64,000 nucleotides of DNA, taken from the NCBI GenBank assembly GCA_016182045.1, contig JACOYE010000009.1, forward strand, positions 1,328 through 65,327. Direction: 5' to 3'. The notes under the pieces are model-generated. The model had not been told where the DNA came from, ran no database searches, and was given only the letters and a program-made list of their open reading frames with translations. Source of the stretch: Candidatus Microgenomates bacterium (GTDB lineage: Bacteria; Patescibacteriota; Microgenomatia; Daviesbacterales; UBA10151). The position numbers and the translations under genes are program-made. Shown here piece by piece: positions 25,757 through 35,891 of this stretch. Position 1 is the stretch's first letter. The number at the start of each line of letters is the position of its first letter.

Positions 25757-26641
25757 TTAATGACCCAGTTTCTCTTCCCACCAAACTAAAAGAGCTGTGG
25801 CATTAAAGATGGAGGAATAAGTTCCGGAGATGATCCCTATCAATAAGGCCACCACAAACCACCTAATGGTTTCCCCACCAAAAAGTAAAAGAGCTACCAA
25901 AACAAATACCACTGTCAGTGATGTGTTTAGGGACCTACCAAGTGTTTGAACAACAGATATATTGACAACATCAATAAATTTCTTGCCAATATTTTTTATT
26001 AAATTTTCTCTAATTCTATCAAACACCACAATGGTATCGTGAACCGAAAAGCCAATGATAGTTAAAAGCGCTGTTACAAAAAGAGTATCCACTTCAACAC
26101 CTAAAAATTTTCCCAAAATGGCGAATGCTCCTACTACTATTAAAACATCATGCAATAATGCCGCAATGGCGGCAATTCCAAATCTTAGGGAAGAAGTAGG
26201 TTTGGGAACTTTTCTAAAGGAAAATGAAATGTATAAAACAATGGCAATACTAGTTAAAATTAAAGCATAAATTGCCTTCTGACGAAGTTCAGATCCGATC
26301 ACCGGCCCCACATTCTCCACCCTTCTTTCCTCTATCTCACCATAATTTTTTGCCAAGCTGGTCTTGATAGCATCAAGTTGATCCTGCTCTAAAGGTTTTG
26401 TTCGAACAATATAGATATTCTTGCCTGCACTTGTTATTTGCCCGATTCCCACTCCCTTCTCTTCCACCACCTTTTTTAAATCTTCTACTTTAACTTCCTT
26501 TTCGATCTTGTATTCCAAGAGTGCCCCACCGGTAAAATCGATCCCCAATTTTAAACCCCCACTCATAAGAAAATAAAGACCTGGCAAAATCATCAGAAAG
26601 GAAAATATGAAGTACCAAATTTTATATCTCATCAAGTTCAT
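25757..26641 (-). CDS. secF: protein translocase subunit SecF
   Basis: LGIDFTGG, VGPVIG and HDTIVVFDRIRE motifs. Confidence 0.96.
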   Translation of the reverse strand: MNLMRYKIWYFIFSFLMILPGLYFLMSGGLKLGIDFTGGALLEYKIEKEVKVEDLKKVVEEKGVGIGQITSAGKNIYIVRTKPLEQDQLDAIKTSLAKNYGEIEERRVENVGPVIGSELRQKAIYALILTSIAIVLYISFSFRKVPKPTSSLRFGIAAIAALLHDVLIVVGAFAILGKFLGVEVDTLFVTALLTIIGFSVHDTIVVFDRIRENLIKNIGKKFIDVVNISVVQTLGRSLNTSLTVVFVLVALLLFGGETIRWFVVALLIGIISGTYSSIFNATALLVWWEEKLGH

Positions 26642-26967
26642 TTTTTTTCTTTTTGACCTTTTTGTATATCTTCATGAAGCTCATTAATCAACCCATCTGC
26701 TGCTTTTTTAATTTTTTCCTCAATATTGTCCACTTTCTCATTCAAAAATTGCCATATCTTATCATGATCATCTTCATGAACATGTTTTAAAAATAATCTT
26801 TTATCTTCCTCTGCAAGTTGCGATAAAATTGCATCCAATATGGTGTGATGCAAGCTGGAGTCTATTAAATGAGCAAGATGTATTCTCTCCTCATCAGTTA
26901 AATCAAGCTTATCTAACTCGGCGGTGATAGTTTCTATTTTAACAATATGACTATAAAACTGTTTCAT
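26638..26967 (-). CDS. hypothetical protein
   Basis: acidic helical ORF overlapping neighbours in the secD-secF operon. Confidence 0.75.
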   Translation of the reverse strand: MKQFYSHIVKIETITAELDKLDLTDEERIHLAHLIDSSLHHTILDAILSQLAEEDKRLFLKHVHEDDHDKIWQFLNEKVDNIEEKIKKAADGLINELHEDIQKGQKEKK

Positions 26968-27869
26968 GCTTCAGACTCCACTTTAATAGGACCTAAAGGG
27001 ATCTTATCTTGCGGATCATCAATAAAAAAGTACAATACAGGACCTTTCCTCATACCATGTGACAACCCTAAAAAATGCATCACCTCAGGAGAACCCCCCA
27101 AATGCTTACCAGTCCACTCTGCTGGTCCGGCATCACCCACAACTGCCACCACAGACTGACCTGTTTTGGGATTTACCACCAGCATTTTTCTAAATTTAAA
27201 AAAATCTCTGTATTTGGGGAAATTTTCTGCAAAACCTGGAGCCAAAAAAGTTTGAATTGCCAAATAGAACCTTTCTCTTTCTTTGTCTGCTTGGGAAAAT
27301 TCCTGTTTGGAAGGAGCAAAATATCCCCAGGCTCCCAGTCCCGGAGCCATACCGGATGAGCCAAACATGGCCCAATCGGATGTGTTTTCGGCATGAGCAT
27401 ATAAATTATCCCCAGGATAGCGATAAAGATGTTGCTCTCCTCCTATTAAGCCGTAATTTCTATTTAACTTGATACCTTCTAACTGGGCTGTTACTTTCAT
27501 ACCAAAACTTTTAGACAATAAATCTGTAATTGCTTCCTCATCCTTGGGATCGAACGGCCGAACTTCTTTAGGTACTATCTCATTAAGTTGAGCGGCCAAC
27601 AATAAATTTTGATCAAAACCTTTTAAGATATCATCCCTACTAACAGCCAGATTAGCTGCCGGTAAGCTATGTTGTGGAGGAGCAGTTAAAAGCAGTAATC
27701 CACCCAAAGAGCCAAGAGCCAATTTTTGAGGGGAGATATTTTTTGACAGCCAATTCAAAGACTGGTGATGTTTTTCCCACAGCTTTTGTTGGATGTTGCG
27801 GTGTTTAGCCACCCATTTTTTACGCAATCTCTCATAGTGTGGCCTTTTAGATATAAATGATTTTGCCAT
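26964..27869 (-). CDS. hypothetical exported protein, possible DPBB/RlpA-like C-terminus
   Basis: basic N-terminus, hydrophobic stretch, VVNPKTGQSVVAVVGDAGP motif. Confidence 0.6.
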   Translation of the reverse strand: MAKSFISKRPHYERLRKKWVAKHRNIQQKLWEKHHQSLNWLSKNISPQKLALGSLGGLLLLTAPPQHSLPAANLAVSRDDILKGFDQNLLLAAQLNEIVPKEVRPFDPKDEEAITDLLSKSFGMKVTAQLEGIKLNRNYGLIGGEQHLYRYPGDNLYAHAENTSDWAMFGSSGMAPGLGAWGYFAPSKQEFSQADKERERFYLAIQTFLAPGFAENFPKYRDFFKFRKMLVVNPKTGQSVVAVVGDAGPAEWTGKHLGGSPEVMHFLGLSHGMRKGPVLYFFIDDPQDKIPLGPIKVESEA

Positions 27870-27873
27870 ATTT

Positions 27874-29175
27874 TTATTTAATAATTAACCTTAGAAAGGT
27901 TCTTGTTACTACAATTGCTGTAAACATAGACACTAATACCCCAATTGCCAAAGTAACGGCAAAACCTCTAATGATGGATGTCCCAAACAAATACAAGATG
28001 ATGGCCGTAATTATAGAGGAAACATTTGATGCCCAAATTGAGGACCAAGCCCTTTTAAATCCCAAATCCAAGGCTAAACTCTTACTTTTACCCCACCTTA
28101 TTTCCTCTTTCATCCTCTCAAATATTAAAATATTGGCATCAACTGCCATGCCTATTGATAAAATAAATCCGGCAATTCCTGCCAAAGTTAAGGTAATGGG
28201 AGGTAGAATAAAAAGCCCTGTTTTAAAAATTGCCAAAACCAAACCAGTATAAATCAGCAATGCCATATCAGCAACTATCCCCAAAAATCCATAAAAAATG
28301 GCCATATAGATTATCACAATACCAAGCCCGATAATACCAGCCACCAAACTTTTGTTGACTGACTCCTGACCCAAAGTTGGCCCGATCAGTCTTTGCTCTA
28401 AAATTCTAATCGGTACAGGTAAGGCCCCCGCATTTAGCTGAATTACCAATTCTTTAGCTTCTTGACTGGTAAATTGTCCTGTAATCACGGCTGAGCCTCC
28501 CACAATTTCCTGCCTCACAGTAGGTGCAGAAATTGGTTGACCATCCAGAAAAATCGGTAGGGCATTGCCAATGTTTCTTCTGGTAATTTCGGTAAATTTT
28601 TCGGCACCATCAGCAGTAAATTCAATGGCAACTTGCGGGCCGGATCCTCCCCCTTCAACTGTTCCAAAAGTGACTTGAGCTTTTTTTAAATCCGCCCCAG
28701 TCAAACCAGTTTCCCTACTTAAAAATATTAAAGGAATTCCAGATTTAGTAGCTTCTGTTTCTTGAGCAGATAAAGTAGCTGGTAATTCTCTAAATTCCAG
28801 CTGTGCTGTTTTACCCACTAAATTTGCAGCAGCTGAGGCATCTTTGATACCGGGCAGTTCCACCAAAATTCTTCTTTCGTCCCTAACTTTAGAACTTTGA
28901 ACTACCGCTTCTGACACTCCGAATAAATTTACTCTTCTTTCAATCACTTTTCTGGCAGATTCTAACGCATCATCTCTGTTTTGAGAATCAATCTTGTCCA
29001 TCTGGGTACCTAAAATCAGTTGCGTACCACCTTGTAAATCCAGACCCAATTTTAGAGGAAAACTTAACTCAAACTGTTTATCTAAAATCCGGATAGTGGG
29101 TAATTTTGGAAGATTTATGATTAAAGACAATAGGGTTATACCAACGATAACCCACGGCAAAATCTTATACTTCAT
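27874..29175 (-). CDS. secD: protein translocase subunit SecD
   Basis: LGLDLQGG, AGALPV, IGPTLG and GMAVDANILIFER motifs. Confidence 0.96.
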   Translation of the reverse strand: MKYKILPWVIVGITLLSLIINLPKLPTIRILDKQFELSFPLKLGLDLQGGTQLILGTQMDKIDSQNRDDALESARKVIERRVNLFGVSEAVVQSSKVRDERRILVELPGIKDASAAANLVGKTAQLEFRELPATLSAQETEATKSGIPLIFLSRETGLTGADLKKAQVTFGTVEGGGSGPQVAIEFTADGAEKFTEITRRNIGNALPIFLDGQPISAPTVRQEIVGGSAVITGQFTSQEAKELVIQLNAGALPVPIRILEQRLIGPTLGQESVNKSLVAGIIGLGIVIIYMAIFYGFLGIVADMALLIYTGLVLAIFKTGLFILPPITLTLAGIAGFILSIGMAVDANILIFERMKEEIRWGKSKSLALDLGFKRAWSSIWASNVSSIITAIILYLFGTSIIRGFAVTLAIGVLVSMFTAIVVTRTFLRLIIK

Positions 29176-29178
29176 TTC

Positions 29179-29775
29179 TTAAGCAATCACCCCTTCTAAT
29201 AACTCGTCTTCATCCCCCAAAAGCATCACCTTTGGTTGAACCAACACCCTTAAGATAAACGGATCTCTTCTTTTGACTCTAAATTTGAATTCAGCTTCAT
29301 CCATAAAAGAATAGTTAATCTCTGATTCTTTCTTGGCCTGTTCATCGGCAATGATGGCTTGCAGCTCGGGCAAGACAATGCTACCTACCACCAGAAGATC
29401 AACGTCCTCGGCAGAAGATTCCCCACCTTTTAAAAACCTGGTCGATATAAATGCGAACTTTATTTTGCCCAGTTTGGCTTTACTCTTGACAAGATTACCA
29501 CCTAACCCAGAAGTTTTTGCCACCATCCCCAAAAGCTCTCGGTAAAAAATATAATCCTTGCGAAATCGATATAATCTTCTATTGGCTCTCCATTCGGAGG
29601 AGACCACTCCATATTTCTCCATCCTTCCTAGCTCTCGTCGTACTGCATTAATCTCCTCTGAAACCCGGCGAACTATCTCACGCACATGAAATAACTGTTG
29701 GGGAGAAGTTAAAAAAAGCTGCAGTATTTTTACCCGGACTCTTGAGATAAATAATTCTTCTAACATTTTCACCAC
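29179..29775 (-). CDS. winged-HTH protein with nucleotidyltransferase-like C-terminus
   Basis: SRVRVKIL..HVREIVR..INAVRREL and DVDLLVVG motifs. Confidence 0.7.
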   Translation of the reverse strand: MVKMLEELFISRVRVKILQLFLTSPQQLFHVREIVRRVSEEINAVRRELGRMEKYGVVSSEWRANRRLYRFRKDYIFYRELLGMVAKTSGLGGNLVKSKAKLGKIKFAFISTRFLKGGESSAEDVDLLVVGSIVLPELQAIIADEQAKKESEINYSFMDEAEFKFRVKRRDPFILRVLVQPKVMLLGDEDELLEGVIA

Positions 29776-29790
29776 CTTTCTAGGCAGCGT

Positions 29791-30984
29791 TTAATAATTA
29801 ACCTTGGATCCCTCCGGGACAGTTTGAATCCAAATTTGCCCTCTGTTAAATTCAATCTCTTTACCATCCTCATCCACATACTTAGTTCTGGCGGTTCTGG
29901 AATTTTTAATCCATCTGCCTTCTATCACATTTCCATCCTGAAAAATTAAAACCCGACCTTGTCCAGTTGTTTTATAAAGCAGATGCACATTACCGGGATA
30001 ACCGTCATTGGCATTGGACTCCCGCATAAATTGCACCACAATATTTTTGGCAGTTAATTGTTGTTTATTATTCAGATCTATATGATCCTCACCATTCTTC
30101 CTTTTATATGAATTGGTGGCTGCATCATAATTCCACTCCACCTGATAATTTGGTTGGCTTTCCCAGAAATTAACCGTGATTTTGGAAGTTGTACCACCAC
30201 CCTTATCTTCCTTAAATTTCCAAGGAGCAAAATTCTTGTCCCATCTAATATTTGCAGAATCTGTGGCTACCCAACCTCTTTTGGCTCCCACCTCCCAAAG
30301 TTTAGCTGTTGTGGAATACATGGTATGTTCTGTGGCAACTGGATGACCCAATCTTTGATAATCGCGCCAAAATACAGGAAATCCTATACTAAATTGGTTT
30401 AGGTCTTTAATCCCATATCTTATTATTTGTCCCAGAGCATCAGCGGGACCTGGAGTGTTGGCTCCCCCAACATGGGCATACAGAGCATCATATTCAGACA
30501 GCCAATCAAGATAATAAGTCCTTGCTGATCTAACAGGGCCGACCTGAACATCTGACAGATTACAATAAAATAGTGCCATAAAGCGGGTAATACCACCTTC
30601 TGCTACAGCCTCATAAATAATATCAGCAGCTGTCAGGCCAGATTGTGGCCGTGCCTCGGTGTGATTTTCAATCATCACCGCCAAAGGACGTCTCTTTTCC
30701 CAAAACTCCTTGGCCTTTTTGGTATGTAACTCTCCATCCAAGGGACAGCCTTCCGTTCTGGGTTCATTTGGATCTTCTTCAAAAGCAGCAGTAGGTCCAG
30801 GTAAGACAGCTTTAAAATCTGCACCACCGTTTCTAACAGAAGGTGCCAGTTTATTAAAGATGGAATAGGATAAAGAGGTGGAGGTACTGAAGGCCACCAC
30901 TGCCAGGATGATTAAGACTAAAATCTTTTGTAAATTTGTTAACTCCCCAAAGGTTTCGGAAAAATTATTTATGACATTATTCAT
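29791..30984 (-). CDS. DUF3048 (YerB-like) protein
   Basis: RPLAVMIEN, ARPQSGL, AEGGITR and GPVRSAR motifs. Confidence 0.88.
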   Translation of the reverse strand: MNNVINNFSETFGELTNLQKILVLIILAVVAFSTSTSLSYSIFNKLAPSVRNGGADFKAVLPGPTAAFEEDPNEPRTEGCPLDGELHTKKAKEFWEKRRPLAVMIENHTEARPQSGLTAADIIYEAVAEGGITRFMALFYCNLSDVQVGPVRSARTYYLDWLSEYDALYAHVGGANTPGPADALGQIIRYGIKDLNQFSIGFPVFWRDYQRLGHPVATEHTMYSTTAKLWEVGAKRGWVATDSANIRWDKNFAPWKFKEDKGGGTTSKITVNFWESQPNYQVEWNYDAATNSYKRKNGEDHIDLNNKQQLTAKNIVVQFMRESNANDGYPGNVHLLYKTTGQGRVLIFQDGNVIEGRWIKNSRTARTKYVDEDGKEIEFNRGQIWIQTVPEGSKVNY

Positions 30985-31447
30985 CTTTTTGCCTCATCGC
31001 CTCATCAATCACCTGTTGTTCCTCTTTGGAAAACTGATATTTTTCAGCCTTTCCTTTAATAACCGGCTTGGCAAATACTCTGGTACTAGATCTGGCATGC
31101 AAACTGGTCACAATAATTCCTGTCCCTCCGTTATCTAATAAGGCAACTGAAAAACTCTGATCCCCTCCTGTATCTTCATAAGGGTTATAGCGTAAAAGCT
31201 CTACCTTTTGTATATGTATCAAGCTTTGTTTATCAAGCTGAAATAATTTACCTTCCAGTTCACCCAACTGATCCTTAAAATTTGTAACTGCCTTAGTTAT
31301 CTCTTCAAATTTTTTCCTGATATCTCTTTCGCCTGATTTTGGAAAAAGAGATTTCAAAAAACCTCTTAATTGCCAGATTAAAAAACTCAAAACCAAAAGC
31401 CAAACAAAAACTGCCAAAAGCAGCAACCAAACCCAATCCGAATACAT
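30977..31447 (-). CDS. DUF4446 protein
   Basis: TM, coiled coil, RYNPYEDTGGDQSFSVALLD motif. Confidence 0.88.
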   Translation of the reverse strand: MYSDWVWLLLLAVFVWLLVLSFLIWQLRGFLKSLFPKSGERDIRKKFEEITKAVTNFKDQLGELEGKLFQLDKQSLIHIQKVELLRYNPYEDTGGDQSFSVALLDNGGTGIIVTSLHARSSTRVFAKPVIKGKAEKYQFSKEEQQVIDEAMRQKDE

Positions 31448-31615
31448 AAGTTACTCTTTTAATATACTGGATGAATACAAACTTTGTCAACCACAACTAT
31501 GTAAACTAGTTGTGGTCAATGAAGGATTTTTAAAAGCAAAATGGAGGCTGTACTAAACAAATCCTGCGTAAATCTTCCGATCCGGGATCGGAATAGATAT
31601 AACGAAACGGTATTC

Positions 31616-32017
31616 TTAAAGTAATTTAACAAATTTAAATTTGGTTTGTTTGATAAACTGTTCATCTGCTGTTATCAGTATTGTCCCATTAGCTTTGGCC
31701 ACAACTGCATATAACATATCATAAACAGAAGTTTTATATTTTTTAGCCAGTCTTGCTGCTTCTTTTACATCATCCTCTGTAGGGTGGTATATTTCAATTT
31801 GTGTTTTATAAATTATGGTTATAGACCTTGTAACTGCTCGTTGAGGAATAGTTGCTTTCGTAGCCAAAGTATTTGCCACTTCATATAAAAGAAGGTCTAA
31901 AGAGATGATTCGCTCAAGTCCATCTGAATGATTTTGAAATATTTCTTTTACCTTTATATGACCTTCTTCGTAGGGTAAAACTAGCTTATTAGCTACTGAT
32001 GCATCAATTACAATCAT
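31616..32017 (-). CDS. VapC-like PIN-domain toxin
   Basis: VIDASV, YEVAN, YD and LITAD motifs. Confidence 0.88.
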   Translation of the reverse strand: MIVIDASVANKLVLPYEEGHIKVKEIFQNHSDGLERIISLDLLLYEVANTLATKATIPQRAVTRSITIIYKTQIEIYHPTEDDVKEAARLAKKYKTSVYDMLYAVVAKANGTILITADEQFIKQTKFKFVKLL

Positions 32018-32277
32018 TCTTGATATCTTATTTCTCTTAAGGCTTTAACTGAATCGAAGCCCTTAGTGTATTTTGCATTTTCCTTTGCCACCTCTTCGAT
32101 TTCTTTCATCAACTGTTGAGTCCTTTCTTCCCCTCCTTGAGCGGTTTTAGACTCAACTACTTTTTCACCAGCTTCACGCAAAACTTTCGCCAAGCTTTTC
32201 TTTTCCTTAGCAGCTTTAATCTTTAGCTTGGTATGCAGCTCTTCAGGTAATCTAATATGAGTAGCAATCCAATTCAT
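32014..32277 (-). CDS. RHH-type antitoxin (VapB-like)
   Basis: THIRLPEELHTKLKIKAA; ends ALREIR; overlaps the PIN gene; start moved to the ATG at 32277. Confidence 0.75.
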   Translation of the reverse strand: MNWIATHIRLPEELHTKLKIKAAKEKKSLAKVLREAGEKVVESKTAQGGEERTQQLMKEIEEVAKENAKYTKGFDSVKALREIRYQE

Positions 32278-32415
32278 AATAGTGGTACTATTGTACCATA
32301 GCAATATATTTTGTCAACCCAACGATTAGTTTTATCTCATAGTTTTAGGTTCAATTGGTGCTTGACAAGCGTGCATCGTGCGTGGTAGGCTCAAGTGTGC
32401 GTACTGGAATCTAAC

Positions 32416-32739
32416 ATGGCTATCCAGCAAACCAAGAAACAATCTGATTTGGAGAAAAGATTAAGGCTTCTTCGTCAACAAGTCTATGGGAAAGTTTCAG
32501 AACACTCTGAAAACTCAGTAAACCAGAGGGTCAGAAAGCCGGATAATCTGACTCTCAGATATTCTGATACACTAATTTCATCTGGTACTCCGAGTCATTC
32601 TGAACCATTCCGATCTGACATCACCTATCTTCGCCATGACCTTATCAAGATTGGTACGCTGGCCACTTTAGCTTTCGGTATCCAAGCAATCCTTTATTAT
32701 TTTTTACAAAATCATATAGTGAATTTAAATTTCTTTTGA
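32416..32739 (+). CDS. hypothetical membrane protein with low-complexity insert
   Basis: C-terminal TM; internal degenerate periodic repeat. Confidence 0.6.
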   Translation: MAIQQTKKQSDLEKRLRLLRQQVYGKVSEHSENSVNQRVRKPDNLTLRYSDTLISSGTPSHSEPFRSDITYLRHDLIKIGTLATLAFGIQAILYYFLQNHIVNLNFF

Positions 32740-32758
32740 GAGGAGGTGATATTACTTT

Positions 32759-32896
32759 ATGCAAATGTATTGCGTCAAATGCCGCACCAAAAGAGATGCT
32801 GAAAACGTTCAACAAGTTACCATGAAAAATGGCAAGAAAGCCTCAAAAGGTACTTGTCCGGTTTGTGGCACCTCAATGTTTAGAATTGGCGGCTAA
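32759..32896 (+). CDS. DUF5679-like zinc-ribbon small protein (not in ORF track)
   Basis: AGGAGGTG SD; MQMYCVKCRTKR...MKNGK...GTCPVCGTSMFRIGG*. Confidence 0.85.
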   Translation: MQMYCVKCRTKRDAENVQQVTMKNGKKASKGTCPVCGTSMFRIGG

Positions 32897-32929
32897 TTTA
32901 AGTGGTGAATGCATTCATCATTTCGATAG

Positions 32930-32955
32930 TCCCGCACCAGATGGTGCGGGATTTT
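32930..32955. terminator. hairpin between convergent genes
   Basis: TCCCGCACCA-GA-TGGTGCGGGA-TTTT; a near-identical hairpin lies at 11599-11620. Confidence 0.55.
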
Positions 32956-32962
32956 CGTGGCT

Positions 32963-34495
32963 TTAGGATTCATCTCTGGCCCGATACTGTAGTGCCTCAG
33001 CTATATGTTCGGTTAGAATATTTTCTGAAGAAGCCAAATCAGCAATTGTTCTTGCCAGTTTCAAAACTCTATGATAACCTCTGGCAGATAGATTCAAAGA
33101 AGAGATGGCCATTTTTAAAAGCTCTAATCCATCTTGGGTAATGGAACAATACTCCTTTATATCCTGATTGCTCATTTCCGAATTAGTTAAAATCCTACCT
33201 TTAAATCTATCTTGTTGAATTTTTCTTGCACCCCTCACCTTATCTCTGATTGTTTTAGAATCTTCTGCCACCAATTCGGCAGATAATTTATCCACCTCCA
33301 CTGCAGGTACTTCTAAATAGATATCAATCCGATCCAAGAGAGGTCCAGAAATCCTACGTTTATATTTGGCAATCTGTCCTGGCATACAGCTACAAGAGCG
33401 TTTTCTATCTCCCAAGAAACCACAAGGGCAGGGATTTTGAGCGGCCATCAGGATAAATTGGGCGGGAAAAGTCAAAGATCCTGAGGCACGAGAAATGGTG
33501 ATTTTATGATCCTCTAGAGGTTGGCGTAAGCTTTCCAAGACCTGCCGCGGGAACTCCGGCAACTCATCCATAAATAAAACTCCTCTGTGAGCCAAAGATA
33601 TCTCTCCAGGTCTTGGGGAATTTCCACCACCAATTAAACCTATATGAGAAGCGCTATGATGAGGTGATCTGAAGGGACGAGTAGTAATAAGTGATAAGCC
33701 ATTTGGCAAAAGTCCTGCAATAGAATAAATTTTGGTAGCTTCAATTGCCTCGGAAAAAGTTAAGGGAGGTAAAATGGAAGGAAAAGCTCTGGCAAGCATA
33801 GTTTTACCGGCACCTGGCGGACCTTTTAGTAAAATATTGTGTCCGCCGGCCGCCGCAATCTCTAAGGCCCTTTTGGCCTGTTCTTGTCCTTTGATCTGAG
33901 AAAAATCATATTCATAATTTAAATCATCATCTAAATTGAGTGGCGGTTTAGGAATTGGTTTTATGAATTCCTGTCCCAAAAGTATCTTGATCACCTGCTG
34001 TAAAGAATTGGGGGCAAAAACTTTAATTCCTTCAATGATGGCTGCCTCTCCTCCATTTTCTTTGGGAACTAAAATATTTTTGAAACCGATCTCTTTTGCC
34101 AGAATTGCCAATGGTAAAATGCCATGTGTTTTTCTCAATGTCCCATCTAAAGATACTTCACCAACCACCAAAGTTTCATTAAGATTCAAAGAAGAATTTT
34201 GATGAATAATTTGACCTGACGATAAAAGTAAACCCAAAGCTATTGGCAAATCAAAGTAGGGTCCTTCTTTTGGTAAATCTGCAGGAGCTAAATTAACAGT
34301 GATCTTTTTAGCTGGGAACTCTATGTCACAATTTCTGATGGCAGATCTGACTCTTTCTTTAGACTCCTCGACTGCTCGATCAGCTAAACCGACTATGGTA
34401 AATGAAGGTAAACCTTTAGAGGCTATATCAACTTCAACAGTGACTGTTATGGCATCTAGTCCAACGTTAGCGCCAGAAAAAATTTTGGCAAACAT
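32963..34495 (-). CDS. comM: YifB/ComM Mg-chelatase-like AAA+ ATPase
   Basis: VNLAPADLPK, GPPGAGKT, RPFRSPHH, GEISLAHRG and NPCPCG motifs. Confidence 0.93.
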   Translation of the reverse strand: MFAKIFSGANVGLDAITVTVEVDIASKGLPSFTIVGLADRAVEESKERVRSAIRNCDIEFPAKKITVNLAPADLPKEGPYFDLPIALGLLLSSGQIIHQNSSLNLNETLVVGEVSLDGTLRKTHGILPLAILAKEIGFKNILVPKENGGEAAIIEGIKVFAPNSLQQVIKILLGQEFIKPIPKPPLNLDDDLNYEYDFSQIKGQEQAKRALEIAAAGGHNILLKGPPGAGKTMLARAFPSILPPLTFSEAIEATKIYSIAGLLPNGLSLITTRPFRSPHHSASHIGLIGGGNSPRPGEISLAHRGVLFMDELPEFPRQVLESLRQPLEDHKITISRASGSLTFPAQFILMAAQNPCPCGFLGDRKRSCSCMPGQIAKYKRRISGPLLDRIDIYLEVPAVEVDKLSAELVAEDSKTIRDKVRGARKIQQDRFKGRILTNSEMSNQDIKEYCSITQDGLELLKMAISSLNLSARGYHRVLKLARTIADLASSENILTEHIAEALQYRARDES

Positions 34496-34550
34496 TTATC
34501 TTAGTATATAATAAACTGAAATTTTGGAGAATAATTGAAGTAAAAATAGT

Positions 34551-34907
34551 GCCTAGGAAGAGAGTAAGCCAGATTCTGTTTTCTCGCTTCGCGAAGCGAG
34601 TAGATGATCATTTATCTAATGCTCCTCATTTCGACTAGTTGGCGAGCAGCCTAAGTCGGTTCTAGGATTGCAGCGGGGAGGATTGCCCTTCGACTCGTCC
34701 CGATTACATCGGGACTCGCTCAGGGCTATAGCCCTTTGCTTATCGAATACCCTGTGGCTTGATCGTTTCACTCGGCGCCACCCGAATCGTCACTGTTGCT
34801 CTATACTCGCGGTCACCCGGTCTCGCCTTGCGGCGGACACCCTACTCTTTGCTGTCTGGACTTTCCTGTCCCGATTTAATCGGGACCGATCATCCTTCTT
34901 CCTAGGC
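34551..34907 (-). ncRNA. rnpB: RNase P RNA
   Basis: GGAAAGTCC and AAAACAGAATCTGGCTTA conserved regions; P1 GCCTAGGAAG/CTTCCTAGGC. Confidence 0.93.
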
Positions 34908-34922
34908 TTATATATTATACAC

Positions 34923-35891
34923 CTAAACTTTATTTGCTTCAATTATTTCTGTAGCCACTATCTGTAAAACTACTGCAATTGGAACTGCCAAAAGCGCCCC
35001 GGCAAATCCCAGAAGTCTAGATCCTATGGCGATGGCTAAAATTACCACCAAAGGATTAAGCCCAACTGCCCGTCTCATCACCTGAGGAACTATCAGATGA
35101 TTCTCCAGTTGCTGAATAACAAAGTACATTGCAGCAACTCCCAAAGCTAGGATCGGCGAAATAGTCAAAGCAATAATGATACCTGGTATTGATGAAATAA
35201 TTGGTCCTATCACCGGTATAACTTCCAATACGCCTGCTACCACAGCCAGCGGTATGGCAAAGGGGATATCTAAAATAATCAAACCCAAATAAGTAAGCAC
35301 TCCCACGATCAAGCTAAGCAGTATCTGACCGCGAAGCCAAGCGCCTAATTTTTCCTCTATTTGAACAATCAGTTTTTTGACTCTTTCTTCTCTGCCTATA
35401 AAAACAGAAGCCGCTTTAGTTTCCAAATTATCTCTTTCAACTAAAAGATAAAAGGTTAACACCAAAAGAAAAATAATAGCCAAAAGATTATCAAATATAC
35501 CCAAGGTGATGGAAAAGACATTCTTTGATAAGGCAGCCAGCTCTGATTGAACAACAGACCTGTCGATATTTAAAATACTAAAAACTTGTGCCAGTATGGG
35601 AGGCAGTGAACTAACCAAATGTGTTGTTTGCTCAATCAGTGGCGGCAAGATACTAAATAGTAATCCCCCAATCAAGGATATAATAATAATGTAGGTAATA
35701 CCAATACTTAAGGCTTTCGGCATCTTAGCTTTGGTAAATAAATTAACCAAAGGATTAAGTGCAGACATTAAAATTATTCCTATAAAAATAATAACTAGAA
35801 GATCACGGATTAAATAAAGCGCCCAAAGACCCAAGATAAAAGCTGCAATAAAAATTATTGTTTTATGTGAGATATCAATTTTTTGTATCAT
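34923..35891 (-). CDS. AI-2E-family transporter
   Basis: WLRGQ, IPVIGP, QQLENHLIVP and LNPL motifs; start moved to the ATG at 35891. Confidence 0.9.
   Translation of the reverse strand: MIQKIDISHKTIIFIAAFILGLWALYLIRDLLVIIFIGIILMSALNPLVNLFTKAKMPKALSIGITYIIIISLIGGLLFSILPPLIEQTTHLVSSLPPILAQVFSILNIDRSVVQSELAALSKNVFSITLGIFDNLLAIIFLLVLTFYLLVERDNLETKAASVFIGREERVKKLIVQIEEKLGAWLRGQILLSLIVGVLTYLGLIILDIPFAIPLAVVAGVLEVIPVIGPIISSIPGIIIALTISPILALGVAAMYFVIQQLENHLIVPQVMRRAVGLNPLVVILAIAIGSRLLGFAGALLAVPIAVVLQIVATEIIEANKV

Noticed and set aside
34668-34967. 99-aa plus-strand ORF
   Set aside because: Antisense to RNase P RNA
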